From positions 1 through 10,782 of the forward strand of contig JBNJGH010000108.1 of assembly GCA_051747585.1 (NCBI GenBank): 10,782 bases of DNA, written 5' to 3'. Positions 7,990 through 10,782 of the stretch are shown piece after piece. The first letter of the stretch is position 1, and the number at the start of each line of letters is the position of its first letter. The stretch is from Candidatus Rifleibacteriota bacterium. Lineage in GTDB: Bacteria > Muiribacteriota > Ozemobacteria > Ozemobacterales > Ozemobacteraceae. A model generated the notes under the pieces. It saw only the letters and a program-made list of their open reading frames with translations. It searched no databases and was not told where the DNA came from. Both the position numbers and the translations under genes were made by a program.

Positions 7990-8165
7990 AGATTGCTTCT
8001 TCCCTTCGACTCCACTCAGCACAAGCGCTACGCTCATCGCAATGAAGCCCTATTGCGGTCCCTGAGCGGAGTCGAAGGGGCCAGGAAACTGTTCAACTGG
8101 TGGTTTCGACTACGCTCAACCACCAAATTTGGAGTGTGTCATTGCGAGCGGAGGCGAAGCAATCT
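7990..8165. repeat. Composite cluster of REP-like palindromic repeats
   Basis: Inverted pairs: 7990-7999/8156-8165 (10/10), 8002-8019/8062-8079 (17/18), 8037-8045/8139-8147 (9/9) and 8098-8105/8118-8125 (8/8). The core TTCGACTmCrCTCA occurs three times (8005-8018 +, 8063-8076 -, 8105-8118 +). Confidence 0.8.
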
Positions 8166-8215
8166 CTATTATTTTACAAAGTTTTGTAATTGTTTTTTAG
8201 CTAAACTCAACCATT

Positions 8216-8250
8216 AAAAAAAAGAGCCGCTTAATTTAAGCGGCTCTTTT
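8216..8250. terminator. Bidirectional rho-independent terminator
   Basis: Perfect inverted repeat AAAAGAGCCGCTTAA-T-TTAAGCGGCTCTTTT (8220-8250). It gives a U8 tail on the - strand (pnp side, about 20 nt after the stop) and UUUUGUUAUUU on the + strand. Confidence 0.92.
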
Positions 8251-8270
8251 GTTATTTAAGTCTGGAGAGG

Positions 8271-10376
8271 TCAGGAATCTGACAATACAGCTTTTCTGGA
8301 AAGATTTACTCTTCCCTGGCCGTCTATTTCGATTACTTTAACCTTAACTTCGTCACCGATATTGACCACATCTTCAACTTTGTTAACTCTATTGTTATCA
8401 AGTTGGCTGATGTGGATCATGCCTTCGATTCCGGGAAGAATTTCGACAAAAGCACCGAATTTCATAATTCTTTTTACTTTGCCGTTGTAAACTTGTCCGA
8501 CTTCTGCATCTTCGGTAACCTGTTTTACCATGAAGATAGCCTTGTCATTAGCCTGAGAGTCAGGGCTGATAATAAGAACTCTGCCATCATCGTTAGTTTC
8601 AATCTGGACGCCGGTTTCTTCGGTAATCTTGCGGATTGTTTTTCCACCGGGGCCAATCAGGTTGCGAATTTTCTCCGGATCAATATCCATTGAAATGATT
8701 CTTGGCGCATATTCTGAAAGCTCTTTTTCTGGTTCCTGGATAGTGTTTTTCATTTCATTCAAAATGTGTAATCTACCATCCTTAGCCTGATTCAGAGCTT
8801 GCTTCATTATATCGAGAGTAACACCGGTAATTTTGATATCCATTTGCAGGGCATTGACACCCTTTTCGGTACCGGCAACTTTGAAATCCATATCGCCGAA
8901 ATGATCTTCGTCACCAAGAATATCACTAAGAACTTTATAGTTTTCGCCTTCTTTAATCAGACCCATGGCAATACCGGCAACCGGAGCCTTTAAAGGAACT
9001 CCTGCATTCATCATTGCCATACTGCCGGAGCAAACAGAAGCCATAGAAGAGCTACCATTGCTCGCAAGAATTTCACTTACAACTCTTACAGTGTAAGGGA
9101 ACTCTTCAGGAGTAGGCATAACTTTACTCAAGGATCTTTCGGCTAACGCACCATGACCGATCTCACGACGACCCGGGCCACGCATTGGTCTTGCTTCACC
9201 AACCGAGAACGGTGGGAAATTATAATGAAGTAGAAATTTTTTCTTGTATCCTTCATCGAGACCATCGACTATCTGAGAATCACCACTTGCTCCCAGAGTA
9301 ACCACTCCCAGGGATTGTGTTTGTCCACGGGTAAACAATGCCGAGCCGTGAGTTCTGGGCAAGAAGCCTACGGCACACGAGATTGGTCTGATTTCTTCAA
9401 GTCTTCTACCATCAATTCTATAGCTATCCTCAAGAATCATTCTTCGCATTTCATGTGAAGTTGTTTCTTTAAGAATTCTGCCGGCAGCTTCAGATTTTTC
9501 TTCAGCAGTTTCTTCGCCGAATTTTTCTATCAGAAGCTCGTCAAGCCTGGTTTTAATAACTGAGAATTTTTGATTTCTTTCGCTTTTTTCTGCAATAGTT
9601 AAAGCGTCTTTGATTTCAGGCATCAGAGAAACTTTAACAAGCTCTTCTAATTCGGGTTCAGAAGGAAGTTCTGGAACCTGCTGTTTTTCCTTGCCAGCTT
9701 TTGCTGCAAGCTCTTTTTGTGAAGCACAGAGCTTTTTAATATTTTCATGGGCAAATGCCAGTGCTTCAAGCAGTTCGTCTTCAGAAACTTCGTCAGATCC
9801 GGATTCTACCATACTAATGGCTTCTTCAGTTCCGGCTACGATCATGTCTATGGTGCTGTTTTCGAGCTGATCGCTTGAAGGATTCAAGATCAACTGACCA
9901 TCACATTTTCCTACTCTAACTGAGCCAATTGCCTTCAACAATGGAATTTCTGAAACCATTACTGCGCAAGAAGCTGCATTCATAGCAAGGACATCAACCT
10001 GGTTAACCTTATCATAAGATAAAACATAGCTTACAAGCTGAATATCATTATGATAAGTATCCGGGAACATTGGTCTCAAAGGCCTGTCAATCAATCTACA
10101 AGTTAGAATTTCTTTGGTAGTAGGACGGCCTTCACGTTTGAAAAAACCACCGGGAATTTTACCTGCCGAATAGGTTTTTTCAGTATAATCTACGGTTAGC
10201 GGCAAAAAATCACAGCCCTCGCGCGGTTCTTTACTGCATACCACAGTCGAGAGAACGACAGAATCGCCACAACGGGCAACCACGGCACCAGATGCCTGGC
10301 CGGCCAATAAGCCTGTTTCAAAAGTTACTGTTTGATTATTTAATTCACATGCTACTATTTCTAGTTTATTCTCCAT
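8271..10376 (-). CDS. pnp: Polyribonucleotide nucleotidyltransferase (PNPase)
   Basis: Motifs DFLPLTVDY, GKIPGGFFKREGRP, RLIDRPLRP, HGSALFTRGQTQ, RREIGHG, SNGSSSMAS and GDMDFKVAG, plus KH (IGPGGKTIR) and S1 (FGAFVEI) domains. 701 aa, directly downstream of rpsO. Confidence 0.99.
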   Translation of the reverse strand: MENKLEIVACELNNQTVTFETGLLAGQASGAVVARCGDSVVLSTVVCSKEPREGCDFLPLTVDYTEKTYSAGKIPGGFFKREGRPTTKEILTCRLIDRPLRPMFPDTYHNDIQLVSYVLSYDKVNQVDVLAMNAASCAVMVSEIPLLKAIGSVRVGKCDGQLILNPSSDQLENSTIDMIVAGTEEAISMVESGSDEVSEDELLEALAFAHENIKKLCASQKELAAKAGKEKQQVPELPSEPELEELVKVSLMPEIKDALTIAEKSERNQKFSVIKTRLDELLIEKFGEETAEEKSEAAGRILKETTSHEMRRMILEDSYRIDGRRLEEIRPISCAVGFLPRTHGSALFTRGQTQSLGVVTLGASGDSQIVDGLDEGYKKKFLLHYNFPPFSVGEARPMRGPGRREIGHGALAERSLSKVMPTPEEFPYTVRVVSEILASNGSSSMASVCSGSMAMMNAGVPLKAPVAGIAMGLIKEGENYKVLSDILGDEDHFGDMDFKVAGTEKGVNALQMDIKITGVTLDIMKQALNQAKDGRLHILNEMKNTIQEPEKELSEYAPRIISMDIDPEKIRNLIGPGGKTIRKITEETGVQIETNDDGRVLIISPDSQANDKAIFMVKQVTEDAEVGQVYNGKVKRIMKFGAFVEILPGIEGMIHISQLDNNRVNKVEDVVNIGDEVKVKVIEIDGQGRVNLSRKAVLSDS

Positions 10377-10385
10377 TATTTCCCC

Positions 10386-10655
10386 TTAACGACGCAGACC
10401 TAATCTCTTGATTAACGAGAGATAGCGTTCAGAATCTTTGCGCTTGAGATATGACAGATGTCTTTTTCTCGCGCCAATCATCTTGAGTAATCCGCGTCTG
10501 GAATGATGATCTTTCGGGTTAGCTGCAAAATGAGCTGAAAGGTTATTGATTCTATTGGTAAGAATCGCAACCTGTACTTCCGGTGATCCGGTATCTTTGT
10601 CAGACAGTTTGAAATCTTCAATTACCTGACCTTTAGCATCTTTGCTGATAGACAT
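10386..10655 (-). CDS. rpsO: 30S ribosomal protein S15
   Basis: Motifs [25 protein letters not shown] and LIKRLGLRR. Starting at 10655 (MSISKD) gives the standard 89 aa, with SD AAGGAG at 10668-10663. Confidence 0.99.
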   Translation of the reverse strand: MSISKDAKGQVIEDFKLSDKDTGSPEVQVAILTNRINNLSAHFAANPKDHHSRRGLLKMIGARKRHLSYLKRKDSERYLSLIKRLGLRR

Positions 10656-10734
10656 TTCTTTTCTCCTTAATTTGAATTGAACATCCAAGCCTCGACCTCC
10701 TGGGTTCAGAACCTAGACATACATCATGTTCGCG

Positions 10735-10763
10735 ATTATAGCACAGTTTTAACAGGATTTAAA
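10735..10763 (-). promoter_or_regulatory. Sigma70-type promoter of rpsO-pnp
   Basis: On the - strand: TTTAAA (10763-10758), 17-bp spacer, perfect extended -10 TGcTATAAT (10743-10735). Confidence 0.8.
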
Positions 10764-10782
10764 CCGCTATTTTTTAATATTC

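Noticed and set aside
7990..8165. CRISPR array or tRNA
   Set aside because: The repeats are inverted and irregularly spaced with no unique spacers. There is no cloverleaf or T-arm context for the TTCGA motifs.
7981..8217. 78-aa ORF (MAFRLLLPFDSTQH...)
   Set aside because: It runs through the palindromic repeat cluster, has no SD, and looks like translated repeat DNA.
10656..10688. 11-aa N-terminal extension of S15
   Set aside because: The ATG at 10655 has a strong SD and gives the standard 89-aa protein.

Overview
A bacterial chromosomal window of moderately low GC with three blocks. (1) A tightly coupled + strand run: the 3' end of a TPR-like gene, a polytopic membrane protein carrying a presenilin/signal-peptide-peptidase-like motif triad, dapF, and a signal-peptide-bearing AmmeMemoRadiSam B+A (Memo+AMMECR1) fusion with an internal in-frame ribosome-binding site and ATG. 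(2) A separately promoted, translationally coupled four-gene type IV pilin-like cassette: a giant 803-aa PilX/GspK-type pilin, two prepilins with E5, and a basic membrane-anchored TPR protein. (3) A convergent rpsO-pnp operon on the - strand with a perfect extended -10 promoter and a bidirectional terminator. The gap between blocks 2 and 3 holds a nested cluster of REP-like palindromes. The cassette style recalls uncultured lineages such as Ca. Riflebacteria, but that is an unverified impression. All calls come from motif reading only; no searches were run.
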